Part shown: positions 39,774-49,515 of the stretch, one piece after another
How positions within the stretch are numbered: the stretch's first letter is position 1
Layout: the number at the start of each line of letters is the position of its first letter
Assembly: GCA_964357615.1 (NCBI GenBank)
Contig: CAYHMC010000004.1
Span: 25,722 to 89,721, forward strand
From: an uncultured Candidatus Saccharibacteria bacterium
GTDB lineage: Bacteria; Patescibacteriota; Minisyncoccia; UBA6257; JACOXY01
Direction of reading: 5' to 3'
DNA: 64,000 nt
The notes under the pieces: generated by a model
What the model was told of the DNA's origin: nothing
The model's input: only the letters and a program-made list of their open reading frames with translations
Database searches by the model: none
Program-made: the position numbers and the translations under genes

Positions 39774-40433
39774 CTACACCAAATAATCGTTAATTTGCAC
39801 ATCTCGCAAATCGCTCACTATTAAATCAGCTGGATACTCTCTATTATCTTTTGTTCTTACAAGACCAATGCATTGCATACCGCCACGCTTTGCGCCAATC
39901 ATACCCGCAATACCATCTTCTATGACTACGCAGTTTTCTGGCAGAACTCCTAGGCGGCTAGCAGCCAATAAAAAAACATCAGGCTCTGGTTTTCCATTCT
40001 CAACCTCCATTGAACTTGCGAGAGCATTAAATGATTCTTTTATACCAAGCTCTGAAACAACGATATCAATATATTCAAGGCGTGATGCAGACGCTATTGC
40101 TATAGGCAAATTCTTAGCTTTAACGCCTTGGATAAATTCCTTTGTTCCTGGTACAGCTCTTACATTACCATGAGTAGCCTTATCTATCCGCCTGCGTTTT
40201 TCTTCTACGAGCATCTCAAGATCTGGCATAGCAACAGCAAAACTTGAAAAAACATGCGGAAACATTTGGTAGCTTGTTGTCCCAGCGTAACGATAGGTTA
40301 TTTCGTCTGGGTGAATATCAACTCCATACTCTTTTAAAAGCTCGGACTCTACGCTTGAATGAAGCGACTGAGTATCCGAGATGACACCATCCATATCAAA
40401 AATTATTGCTTTTATATTGGCTTTTAAACTCAT
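39774..40433 (-). CDS. HAD-IA family phosphatase
   Basis: FDMDGV, ASAS, KPEPD, IEDG..G. Confidence 0.92.
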   Translation of the reverse strand: MSLKANIKAIIFDMDGVISDTQSLHSSVESELLKEYGVDIHPDEITYRYAGTTSYQMFPHVFSSFAVAMPDLEMLVEEKRRRIDKATHGNVRAVPGTKEFIQGVKAKNLPIAIASASRLEYIDIVVSELGIKESFNALASSMEVENGKPEPDVFLLAASRLGVLPENCVVIEDGIAGMIGAKRGGMQCIGLVRTKDNREYPADLIVSDLRDVQINDYLV

Positions 40434-40434
40434 A

Positions 40435-41889
40435 TTAAATTCTGGGGAAAAGTGGTGCTATTTTTTTTGTGACTAGCTTTCCATTTGTATTATCTATTGC
40501 ATCTAATATTTTATTTGCTGAATCAGGAAGAAACGATTTAAGTAATTTTGCGACATTTTCTAATATATAGGTGGCATTATAAATTACAGTCTTGTCATTA
40601 GTTTCCCAAGGTTTATGTTCATTAATATATTTATCGCCGAAAGTAATTAATTTCCATATAGCAAAAAGGGCTTCGTGAAGTTTAAAGCTAATGATTGAAT
40701 CTTCTACGCTATTTATAGTTTCTTCAACCGCATTTGAAATATAAGATTCTTTTTTAATTTCTTCGAGGACGCCAACTTTTTCTGCTAAAGTTAAAACTCT
40801 TGCAGTATAATTTCCTAAACCATTTGCTAAATTTCCATTATAACGCGCTTCAAATTTTTCAAAAGAAAAATCACCATCTTCTCCTGATGGTATTTCACTA
40901 AGCAAAAAATAGCGTGTAGCATCAACTCCGTACTTTGTTATCACTTCAAGTGGGTCTACTACATTACCAATTGATTTTGACATTTTTTGACCATTTATAT
41001 TGAAAAAACCGTGTACTAAAATTTTTGATGGCAGTCTGATGCCAGCCGACAAAAGAAAAGCCAACCAATAAACAGCATGGAAGCGAATAATATTTTTACC
41101 AATTAAATGATTACTTTCATCAACATTTAACCAATATTTTTGAAATTTTTCTCCGTTTTCGGCGTAATCAAGAGCGCTTATATAGTTTGAAAGGGCATCA
41201 ATCCAAACATACATAATTTGCGTTTCATCTTTTGGAACTTTTATCCCCCAGTTTTTTGCACGCTCGATTGAACGAGAAACACTAAAATCTTCTAGGCCAG
41301 ATTTTATAAATGATAATATTTCATTTTTTCGAGTCTCTGGAATTATTTTAACTTGATCGCTCTCTATTATTTCTTCGAGTTGTTTTTGATAGTTTGATAA
41401 TTTAAAAAAATAATTCTCCTCACTAATCTTTTGAATTTCTTGATTTAAATGATCTGGGCAATGCTCGTCTACTAATTCCTTTGCAGTCTTAAATTCTTCA
41501 CATCCAACACAATATAATCCGCTGTATTGCTTTTTATAAATATCTCCATCTTTACACGAAAGCCAAAGCTTCTCTGCGCCCATTTTTAATCTATTCTCTA
41601 CCGAAGTTCTAATAAAATCATCATTTGAAATACTTAAAGCTTTAACCAATTTTTTGAAAATTTCTGCCTGCTCCTCCACCCATTTTTCTGTTGTAACACC
41701 AGCTTTTTCTGCCGCCTGTACATTCTTAAGAGCATTTTCATCAGTGCCAGTTAAAAAAAATACATCATCTCCTTTCTCTCGATGATATCTGGCGAGCACA
41801 TCAGCTTGCACAAATTCAAGCGCATGCCCAATATGCGGTGCTGCATTTACATATGGAATTGAAGTTGAGATATAATATTTTTTTGACAT
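40435..41889 (-). CDS. metG: Methionine--tRNA ligase (short form)
   Basis: PYVN..PHIGH, CVGCE..CPDH, YVWIDAL, KMSKS. Confidence 0.96.
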   Translation of the reverse strand: MSKKYYISTSIPYVNAAPHIGHALEFVQADVLARYHREKGDDVFFLTGTDENALKNVQAAEKAGVTTEKWVEEQAEIFKKLVKALSISNDDFIRTSVENRLKMGAEKLWLSCKDGDIYKKQYSGLYCVGCEEFKTAKELVDEHCPDHLNQEIQKISEENYFFKLSNYQKQLEEIIESDQVKIIPETRKNEILSFIKSGLEDFSVSRSIERAKNWGIKVPKDETQIMYVWIDALSNYISALDYAENGEKFQKYWLNVDESNHLIGKNIIRFHAVYWLAFLLSAGIRLPSKILVHGFFNINGQKMSKSIGNVVDPLEVITKYGVDATRYFLLSEIPSGEDGDFSFEKFEARYNGNLANGLGNYTARVLTLAEKVGVLEEIKKESYISNAVEETINSVEDSIISFKLHEALFAIWKLITFGDKYINEHKPWETNDKTVIYNATYILENVAKLLKSFLPDSANKILDAIDNTNGKLVTKKIAPLFPRI

Positions 41890-41947
41890 ATAAAACTTAG
41901 CGTATAAATATAATAGCTAATCTACAAATAAACAAGGTGCGCTAAAA

Positions 41948-43003
41948 CTAAGCCGTTTCACGATACTTGGCCTTAGTTGAGCTCCAGTCTTCAATAAACT
42001 CCTGAATGACCACGGTAGCTGGAACAGCAAGTAAAATACCAATAAAACCAATTACCTGAACACCAATAAGCATAGAAACTAGAACGGCAACCGGATGAAG
42101 TCCTATTGCTTTATTCATTAATGTTGGAATTAAGATATGACCCTCAATTTGCTGGATAATTACAAAGTATATAAGCACATAAAACGCAATCAGAGTAGGA
42201 TTTGGCACTTCAGCGCTAAAGGCGACAACAACCGCTGCAGCACCAGTAAAAAAAGGTCCTACAAAAGGAATAATTTCAAATATTGAAGCCATAAGCGCTA
42301 TAACAAAAGCATTTTCAACAAGAGTATCTGCGTTATTTAATTTACCTATGACATATAAACCAGCATATGCGAGTATACCGATAAAAAAACTAAGTCCTAT
42401 TTGTGCTTGCACCCAATAACTAATTTTTCTTCTGGCTCTAGTGATTATATCAATAACTTTATCTTCGTAAATATTTGGGATTGTCGCTCTAAAAAATTTT
42501 TCTATCCCTTTATGGTCAATCGTGAGATAAAATGCAATTGCAAAAGTTGAAATGATGAGCGAAAGATTTGCGAGTAGTGATTTTGAAAATTCAAAAGCAC
42601 CTGCTCCTCCAGTTGGAATAACACTTATAGATTGCAATTCGCTAATAATAAGATTAATAATATTACTCTGCTTAACGACATCGATTTCTAAATAATATGC
42701 GATTGCATCAAAATAACGCTCTAATAAAACTTGTGTTTTCTCTATAAGGTCTTGAATAATAAAATTTAATGACAATCCGAGAACAAGCAAAATAAATATA
42801 AATGCAAAAACAGTTCCAACAACTCTTGGAATTCTAAATTTTTCAAGTAAATTAACAACTGGATTTAAACCATAGGAAATTACAATTGCTGAAAAAACCA
42901 CAACCCAAATATCTACGGTATAATAAAATAAAGCCACCGCAGCGGCAACAAAAGAAATACGCCACAAACTTCCCCAACTTATTTCTACTCTTAAACTATT
43001 CAT
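41948..43003 (-). CDS. AI-2E family transporter
   Basis: IPFVGP, QQIEGH.L.P, GLHP, G.LLAVP. Confidence 0.9.
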   Translation of the reverse strand: MNSLRVEISWGSLWRISFVAAAVALFYYTVDIWVVVFSAIVISYGLNPVVNLLEKFRIPRVVGTVFAFIFILLVLGLSLNFIIQDLIEKTQVLLERYFDAIAYYLEIDVVKQSNIINLIISELQSISVIPTGGAGAFEFSKSLLANLSLIISTFAIAFYLTIDHKGIEKFFRATIPNIYEDKVIDIITRARRKISYWVQAQIGLSFFIGILAYAGLYVIGKLNNADTLVENAFVIALMASIFEIIPFVGPFFTGAAAVVVAFSAEVPNPTLIAFYVLIYFVIIQQIEGHILIPTLMNKAIGLHPVAVLVSMLIGVQVIGFIGILLAVPATVVIQEFIEDWSSTKAKYRETA

Positions 43004-43098
43004 AATGTTAGTATGCAATAAAATGGATATACTGGCAAGTATATAACTGGGGAAATTTTATCGAAATAACTAAGAAATAATCTGCTAACGGGAAATTA

Positions 43099-44370
43099 CT
43101 AGAATGCAATCAATTTCCTAAATTCTTCTTCGTCTTTATCGGGTCCAATTAAAGCAAGGTTCATTTTGGCATCTTGAAATATATCTCGAGCAATAGCTAA
43201 AACTTCTTCCTTGGTTACTTTATTAAACTTACTTAATACTTCTTCTGGTGTTTCAATTTTATCGCCAAGAACATCTTGCATTCCATAAAATAAAGCCCAT
43301 GTCATAGAGTGCGTAAGGCCAAGGACTACTGATGAACGAACCTGGTTTTTCGCACGCTCCATTTCTTCGTCTGTTATCATCTCTTCAATTGTCTTTTTAC
43401 ACTCTTCAATAATCGCTGTTATAACGCTTTTCAATTTATCGTGATTTACACCGCAGTAAATTCCAAGATATCCATGGTCAGTATATGTATCCGGTGAAGC
43501 AGCAATATAATAGGCGGCGCCCATTTTATCGCGCACTCTCTGGAAAAGCCTAGAACTCATTCCCCCACCTAAAATTGCACTTAAAATTTGAAGTGCATAT
43601 TTTCGTTCATCGGCCCTACCATAAGCCCTGAAACCTAAAACTAAATGGGTCTGAGCTGAATCCTTTGGAACCAAAAGTAATCCTGGCTTATCTTGAGACT
43701 CATGGACAGGAAGTTTATCAGACTTTTCCCCAACGCTAACTTCAACAAAATAATTACTAATATCTTTAATAATTTTATCTTCCTCAAAACCACCAGACAC
43801 AACTACAATAGTAGATTTTGCTACATAATGTTCTTTGCGGTAATTAATCACCTCCTCTCTTTTTAATCCGGAAATTGTTGCTTTATCTCCAGAAATTGTC
43901 CAACCTGCTGGTTGGTCACCATACAACAAGCTCGGAAAAAGATCTGTGATTTTTCTTTGAGGGTCGTCTTCATACATATTTATTTCCTCAATTACCGGAC
44001 CCTTTTCTTTTTGAATTTCTTCTTCTTTAAAAATTGGATTTAAAAAAAGATCTGAGACAATTTCTAAAGCATGATCAAATTTACTTTTTTCAACTCGGGC
44101 ATAATATCCCGTATATTCTTGTGCGGTAAAAGCATTTATTTGCGCACCTAAGCTTTCAAGTTCAGAAGAAATGTCAAAAGCTGTTGGTCGTTTTTTTGTT
44201 CCTTTAAAACACATATGCTCAAGGAAATGCGATATACCGTTTATGTTTTTAGTTTCATACTTAGAACCAGCTTTAACCAAAACCAAAGCAGTTGCATCAA
44301 GTGCTTCTTTTTGTGGAATAGTTAAAATAGTAAGTCCATTATCTAAAATAGTTTTTTTGAAGTTTGGCAT
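43099..44370 (-). CDS. M16 family peptidase
   Basis: GISHFLEHMCFKGT, NAFT, GGGMSSRLFQ.VR..G.AY. Confidence 0.95.
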   Translation of the reverse strand: MPNFKKTILDNGLTILTIPQKEALDATALVLVKAGSKYETKNINGISHFLEHMCFKGTKKRPTAFDISSELESLGAQINAFTAQEYTGYYARVEKSKFDHALEIVSDLFLNPIFKEEEIQKEKGPVIEEINMYEDDPQRKITDLFPSLLYGDQPAGWTISGDKATISGLKREEVINYRKEHYVAKSTIVVVSGGFEEDKIIKDISNYFVEVSVGEKSDKLPVHESQDKPGLLLVPKDSAQTHLVLGFRAYGRADERKYALQILSAILGGGMSSRLFQRVRDKMGAAYYIAASPDTYTDHGYLGIYCGVNHDKLKSVITAIIEECKKTIEEMITDEEMERAKNQVRSSVVLGLTHSMTWALFYGMQDVLGDKIETPEEVLSKFNKVTKEEVLAIARDIFQDAKMNLALIGPDKDEEEFRKLIAF

Positions 44371-44463
44371 ACTTAAGTTTTTAAAAAATTAATTAATGAT
44401 ATAAGTGTAATGTAAATTAAATAAAAAAAGAAGCCCGTAAATAGCGGGCAAATCATTAGATAA

Positions 44464-44850
44464 TTATTCCATCAGTCCAGTTGCCTCTTCGCATCCAGTC
44501 TGAACAACATCAAAAATATGAGTAAGTCGAATATCCTCTCCATGCACGCTGAAAATTGCCCCTCTATCACAAAATGAACCTGGTTCAATAATTTTTACAC
44601 AATATAGTGGTTTGTGAGTGCGCTTTTCAAAATGCAAGTCAAGAATTTCAAAAGTTCTTTTATCCCAATATCCAATTGGTATTTTAAGTCCTGCATTGAG
44701 AATTCCTTTTTTAAATGAGTGGACTTGGGGAGTGCCTTTAAATTCACAATCAAGTGCCATTCGATATGCATCTCTATCATTTCTTGAGGAGAATCTTTCT
44801 TTACAAGTGTCACAAGAGTAAACGTAGATAACTTCTTCCTTAAATGGCAT
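44464..44850 (-). CDS. Hypothetical protein (orphan cassette)
   Basis: YSCDTC..A..CE motif; GAGG SD. Confidence 0.6.
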   Translation of the reverse strand: MPFKEEVIYVYSCDTCKERFSSRNDRDAYRMALDCEFKGTPQVHSFKKGILNAGLKIPIGYWDKRTFEILDLHFEKRTHKPLYCVKIIEPGSFCDRGAIFSVHGEDIRLTHIFDVVQTGCEEATGLME

Positions 44851-44997
44851 GCCTATCCTCGCAAACCCACATGGCTATTTGAAATATATCATATGAAAAA
44901 ATAAAAACAACGCTAACTAAAGCTTTTGTTGTGCGAATATTTCTATTACAATAAAGCTTTAATTTTGGTCATTTTTGAGATAAGATAATTAAGAATA

Positions 44998-45068
44998 GCC
45001 GAATTAGTTCAGTGGCAGAACACTACTTTCGTAAAGTAGAGATGTGGGTTCGATTCCCGCCTTCGGCT
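44998..45068 (+). tRNA. tRNA-Thr(CGT)
   Basis: Cloverleaf with anticodon arm CTACT-TTCGTAA-AGTAG and T arm GTGGG-TTCGATT-CCCGC; one U:C mismatch in the acceptor stem; CCA not encoded. Confidence 0.9.
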
Positions 45069-45135
45069 CTAATTTATAACTTTTCTCTTATCAAGTTCTT
45101 TTACGAACACTAAAATCATAGTATAATTATTGTAC

Positions 45136-45263
45136 ATGAATCCCGTTAGAAATAGCGGGCGCGACAAAAGAATATTCGAAACAGAAAAAATTTATTAATT
45201 ATATTTAATTCATTGGTACGCACAACGCCTATTGCGTCCGCGTCCTATTTCTAACGGGATGAA
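45136..45263 (+). mobile_element. Start-codon-associated palindromic element, copy 1 (MITE-like)
   Basis: 16-bp IR ATCCCGTTAGAAATAG/CTATTTCTAACGGGAT; ATGAA direct repeat 123 nt apart. Confidence 0.8.
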
Positions 45264-45984
45264 AAGAATCGCTAAAGAGAAGATTTTAAAAGTTAAAAAA
45301 TTGACCGTAAAGCTTTCAAACACAATCATTATTGATGAATTAAGTTTTGAAGTTGAAAAAGGAGAGCACCTTACTATCATAGGACCAAATGGTTCGGGCA
45401 AAACTACACTCTTTAAGGCTCTAATAGGCATGGTTCCTTATCAGGGAATGATAAGCTGGTCTACGGACACTAAAATCGGTTATGTTCCACAAAAACTAGA
45501 TATCGAAAGAGATTTACCTCTTTCGCTTGGTGACTTTTTAAAAGCTGCTAGTGCTGGTTTATCAAATATAAATAACCACGAGATAAGTGAGTGTTTAAGA
45601 CTGGTTCATATAGAGGATGAATTATTAAACCAACAACTTGGAACTCTCTCTGGCGGACAATTTCAAAGAGCGCTAGTTGCTTTTGCGCTTCTTGGAAATC
45701 CAGATGTATTGCTTTTTGACGAACCTACTTCTGGCGTTGATCGACCAAGTGAAGAGCAAATATATGAAACTCTACACAGAATTCAAGACGAAAAAAATGT
45801 AACCATAATAACTATCTCACACGATTTAAGCTTAGTTCACAAACATTCCGACAAAGTCTTGTGTCTTAATAAGAGGGGTATTTGTTATGGAGCTCCAGAG
45901 GCAACATTAGACCATGACACTATTGCGAAACTTTACGGCGCTGACCACCATAAATTTTTCCATCACGAACATGATAGACACTGA
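45259..45984 (+). CDS. znuC: Zn/Mn ABC transporter ATP-binding protein
   Basis: GPNGSGKTT, IGYVPQ, LSGGQFQR, DEPT, SHDL, His-rich tail. Confidence 0.88.
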   Translation: MKRIAKEKILKVKKLTVKLSNTIIIDELSFEVEKGEHLTIIGPNGSGKTTLFKALIGMVPYQGMISWSTDTKIGYVPQKLDIERDLPLSLGDFLKAASAGLSNINNHEISECLRLVHIEDELLNQQLGTLSGGQFQRALVAFALLGNPDVLLFDEPTSGVDRPSEEQIYETLHRIQDEKNVTIITISHDLSLVHKHSDKVLCLNKRGICYGAPEATLDHDTIAKLYGADHHKFFHHEHDRH

Positions 45985-46741
45985 AATTTATAAAATAATA
46001 TTAGCACTTCTAATGTCTATAGCTTCTGGCTTAGTTGGGTCTTTTGCGTTGATGAAAAGAATGACGCTCGCAGGAGATGCCATATCACACATTGCTTTGC
46101 CTGGGTTAGCGCTTGCTATTTTATATTCAATTAATCCAGCCTTAGGAGCGGGAATTGCGCTTTTAATCGGCGCGCTTATAATCTGGAAAGTCGAGAGTAT
46201 ATCTAAACTAAACACAGAAGCAATTGTCGGCGTTCTTCTGGCTTTAAGTTTAGCTATTGGGGAATTAATGATTAAAGATGAACACGAGCTTATGGAGCTA
46301 CTTTTTGGAAATGACAGCGGAATTATATTTAGTGACTTTATTATCGGTTCCCTAATTGCGATACTCATAATTCTATTTACTATCAAAAAGAAATATGCCC
46401 TTACGCTTAGTTTAGTTTCAAAAGAACTTGCTAAAACCACAGGCATTAATAATGATGGGCTCCAACTCTCATTTTTATTAATTTTTTCTCTAACAATTTT
46501 ATTAGGATTAAAATTCTTAGGTGTATTGCTTATGGGATCACTAATAATAATTCCGGCGGCTATAGCCAGAAACATTGCAACGAATTTAAATGGTATGTTA
46601 GTGCTCTCAAGCCTCGCATCCACTGCGTCAGTCATATTAGGAATGTTGCTGGCGGAATTATTTAGTCTTTCGCTTGGTCCATCTATAGTTTGCGTCGCTG
46701 GTCTGATATTTTTTATATCATTATTTCTTAGGAAAAAATAA
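45971..46741 (+). CDS. znuB: Zn/Mn ABC transporter permease (ABC-3)
   Basis: GDAISHIALPG, LLFG, G.LLM.SL.IIPAA.A. Confidence 0.88.
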   Translation: MIDTEIYKIILALLMSIASGLVGSFALMKRMTLAGDAISHIALPGLALAILYSINPALGAGIALLIGALIIWKVESISKLNTEAIVGVLLALSLAIGELMIKDEHELMELLFGNDSGIIFSDFIIGSLIAILIILFTIKKKYALTLSLVSKELAKTTGINNDGLQLSFLLIFSLTILLGLKFLGVLLMGSLIIIPAAIARNIATNLNGMLVLSSLASTASVILGMLLAELFSLSLGPSIVCVAGLIFFISLFLRKK

Positions 46742-46772
46742 TAAAAAATGCCTCGTAGGGGGCATTTTTTAT
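46741..46772. terminator. Bidirectional terminator
   Basis: ATAAAAAATGCCTC-GTAG-GGGGCATTTTTTAT. Confidence 0.8.
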
Positions 46773-46804
46773 TTCAGATACATTCAAAATCAAGATCAAA
46801 CTTA

Positions 46805-47350
46805 TTAATTTTTAGATTTTAAATATCCTATCATTGTATCCACATCGCTTACCTCAAATGGATCTGTTGGACAATCATCCATAAATCCAGGCTCAATGAA
46901 AAATTTTTCTATTTTCCCATCAACTACAAACATGCTGTACCGCCAAGATCTTTCGCCAAAACCAAGGTCATCTTTCTTCACTAACATTCCCATGCCTTTG
47001 GTAAATAGCGTTGAGCCATCTGGTAATAATTTTACTTTATGAATATTTTGATGCTTCCCCCACTGATTCATTACATAAGCGTCATTCACTGAAATACAAT
47101 AAACTTCGTCTGCTCCAAGCGATTTTAATTCATCATATTTTTCTTCATAACCGGGCAAGTGGGTTGAACTGCAAGTTGGAGTAAAAGCACCAGGAAGTGA
47201 AAATAATACAATTTTTTTGCCTTTAAAAAGATCTGCGGATTGCACATCTTGCCATCTATATGGGTTGTCGCCACCCACACTTTCATCTCGAACTCGAGTT
47301 TTAAGTACTACATTAGGAACAATTTCTGGAATAATTGGCATTGAATTCAT
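46805..47350 (-). CDS. Peroxiredoxin (Prx5 / type II)
   Basis: LPGAFTPTCS..HLPG, SVNDAYVM, G.RSWRYSM. Confidence 0.93.
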   Translation of the reverse strand: MNSMPIIPEIVPNVVLKTRVRDESVGGDNPYRWQDVQSADLFKGKKIVLFSLPGAFTPTCSSTHLPGYEEKYDELKSLGADEVYCISVNDAYVMNQWGKHQNIHKVKLLPDGSTLFTKGMGMLVKKDDLGFGERSWRYSMFVVDGKIEKFFIEPGFMDDCPTDPFEVSDVDTMIGYLKSKN

Positions 47351-47419
47351 ATCTATTTTTATTAATTATAATAAACTCAAGTATAGTTCATTAGATAATA
47401 TTTTTCAATAAAAATGTAC

Positions 47420-48361
47420 TCACTTTAAATTTCTTGGCTCATTTTTTCTCTCGTCTGTATCGAGTAAAATATTCCACAAATTATCCAAATAATCTGCACG
47501 CGATGAATGTTTAGATTTCCAAACTTCTAACTCAAGCTTCTCAGCTAAAAATGGTGGAACAACAATTGTTTTATCTCCTCCGGTAATATGAAGTTCTAAA
47601 TTTTTTCTGTCATTATACCATAAAATAGTCGCGATTAAGAGTGCCAAAAGCATAAAAAGTGAGTAAAATCCAAGTTTTATTATAAGGAAAAAATTAAAAA
47701 GACCGTGAACCAACACGCTTGCTAAAAGTGCACGAAAATAAAAATGAGTATGTAATTTATCGTAAAATTTACTTAGTGATAGATAATAGCCCATTACTAT
47801 GCCGTATATACCGTGAGCCAAAGTTGAAAAAGCACCTCGAAGCACAAAAAGCGCTACTACTTCAGATGCCCGAAGGGAACTTATGTCATAAAAATAAATT
47901 ATATTTTCTATGAATGCGAAACCCAGACCCGATATAAGACATATTTTCATGCCATCAATAACCTGATTAACATTTGTAATATCAAAATATTTTTTTACTA
48001 ATACAAATTTTGAAGATTCCTCAATAATTGCTGCGAATAAAAAAGAAAATATTATGGGACCCAATAAATCATTTATTGAATGAGCTGCAAATGATGGACT
48101 AAGAAAAGAAGAATCGATATCTAAATATGTTATAACTGTTTGCTCTACGGCAAGTGAAAGAAATGCTGCTCCAATACCAATAAAAAAAGAGATTAATAAA
48201 AACTTAAAATGGATAGTTTTCTTTGGTGAATAAACATAAAAAAAACACATCCAAAGAGAGACGAACAATAAACTAACCGCTGTTGGAACAATTAGCGGAT
48301 AAACTACTTCAGCAAAACTTCTACCTGATATCTCATGAAATATTTGTATAAAGAAATTCAT
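47420..48361 (-). CDS. PrsW family intramembrane metalloprotease
   Basis: EE..K, GLGFAFIEN, H, HGLFN motifs. Confidence 0.88.
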   Translation of the reverse strand: MNFFIQIFHEISGRSFAEVVYPLIVPTAVSLLFVSLWMCFFYVYSPKKTIHFKFLLISFFIGIGAAFLSLAVEQTVITYLDIDSSFLSPSFAAHSINDLLGPIIFSFLFAAIIEESSKFVLVKKYFDITNVNQVIDGMKICLISGLGFAFIENIIYFYDISSLRASEVVALFVLRGAFSTLAHGIYGIVMGYYLSLSKFYDKLHTHFYFRALLASVLVHGLFNFFLIIKLGFYSLFMLLALLIATILWYNDRKNLELHITGGDKTIVVPPFLAEKLELEVWKSKHSSRADYLDNLWNILLDTDERKNEPRNLK

Positions 48362-48488
48362 TTTTTAACTTTTTACATAATTTCAAATTTATCTTTCTCA
48401 ATTTAAACATACATAATCTTCTGTCAGTACAGGCTGATGGCTAACGAGAAACCCACAACAATATATTTATTTCTTAAAAACTATTTTG

Positions 48489-48559
48489 AGCAGATGATGG
48501 GAATCGAACCCACGCCTTAACCTTGGGAAGGTCAGATACTGCCATTATACTACATCTGC
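48489..48559 (-). tRNA. tRNA-Gly(CCC)
   Basis: GCAGATG acceptor stem, anticodon arm TGACC-TTCCCAA-GGTTA, GGTTCGATTCC T arm. Confidence 0.93.
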
Positions 48560-48650
48560 GTAAAGCATATTTTAAGCATTTAACTTGAAAAATACTAACA
48601 CAACCAAATTTCGACATTATTTATAAAATAAAATTTTGTCATAAAAAATT

Positions 48651-49148
48651 TTAGCAATTAGTTATGACTGATATAGATTGCTTAGAACTATTTTTATCTA
48701 TGAACTTGCACTCTAGAACTTCATTACCACTCCAAGCATAGCCTGACATTAAAATTATAACATTGGCTCTTTGTTTGGCTTTATTTAACCAGACATCAAA
48801 AGTAGAACCCAGCAAACTTATTTGACTCTGAATTAAATCACGAATGTCACTTGGTTTTTCTTTGCCCGTTAATTTATAACTGAAATATTTCTTAGCTTCA
48901 ATAAGTACTAATTTATCTTCAATAATTTTTTGTAATGTTAATCTTCGAAGCTCGTTATTTTCTGGTATTTCAGCTTCAATATCGAAACTATTAATAATCT
49001 CCTCGGCGGCTCTATTATAATCCCCTTCGTCTACTGGCCAAGCGTTAACCAATGCAACTGGAAAATATCCCAATCGAATTGCGATAAAGCCCGACAAACC
49101 CAATAAAATCATTACTAAAAATATAGTGAGAAATACTCTAAAAGGCAT
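48651..49148 (-). CDS. SurA N-terminal-like membrane-anchored protein
   Basis: TM then PVALVN, L.KIIED.LV..EA, F..WL...K..A.V. Confidence 0.6.
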   Translation of the reverse strand: MPFRVFLTIFLVMILLGLSGFIAIRLGYFPVALVNAWPVDEGDYNRAAEEIINSFDIEAEIPENNELRRLTLQKIIEDKLVLIEAKKYFSYKLTGKEKPSDIRDLIQSQISLLGSTFDVWLNKAKQRANVIILMSGYAWSGNEVLECKFIDKNSSKQSISVITNC

Positions 49149-49201
49149 GTTTTAAATCAACTTTATAATTCACTTTTAAAATACATTCGAAAGATATAAG
49201 T

Positions 49202-49468
49202 TTATTCATTTGGCACAATAACCATAACTTTTTCGCCTGGCTTCTTGTAATTTAACATTGACCTTGCTTCTTTCTCGATATTCTCAGAACTCTGATAATA
49301 AAAGAGGTCCATTTCAATTTTTTCACTCTCTTTTTTTAGAATTTCTAATTTACTGAGCATAGTTGCGTATTCATCGTGCACAACACGCCATTCTTTATAG
49401 AATTTAAAATCTTGAATTCCAATTAGCACAATAAAAACTAAGAGAATTATTATTATACTAAGCCTCAT
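49202..49468 (-). CDS. Septum formation initiator (FtsB/DivIC family)
   Basis: TM, coiled coil, IEKEAR..LNY.KPGE. Confidence 0.85.
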   Translation of the reverse strand: MRLSIIIILLVFIVLIGIQDFKFYKEWRVVHDEYATMLSKLEILKKESEKIEMDLFYYQSSENIEKEARSMLNYKKPGEKVMVIVPNE

Positions 49469-49515
49469 AAATATATGCTACCATAATTAACTTAACTATT
49501 CGAGGTTAAAAAACC

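Noticed and set aside
43081-43098. CTAACGGG resembling the element's right end (similar partial matches near 34392 and 48441)
   Set aside because: No matching left arm, inner stem or ATG duplication.
45232-45258. ORF-track N-terminal extension MRPRPISNG of ZnuC (and MRLRSISNG at 56017-56043)
   Set aside because: These are translations of the palindromic element's right arm; family-like sequence begins at the following ATG.
44998-48559. tRNA-bounded genomic island
   Set aside because: No integrase and no duplicated tRNA 3' end seen; intervening genes are ordinary.
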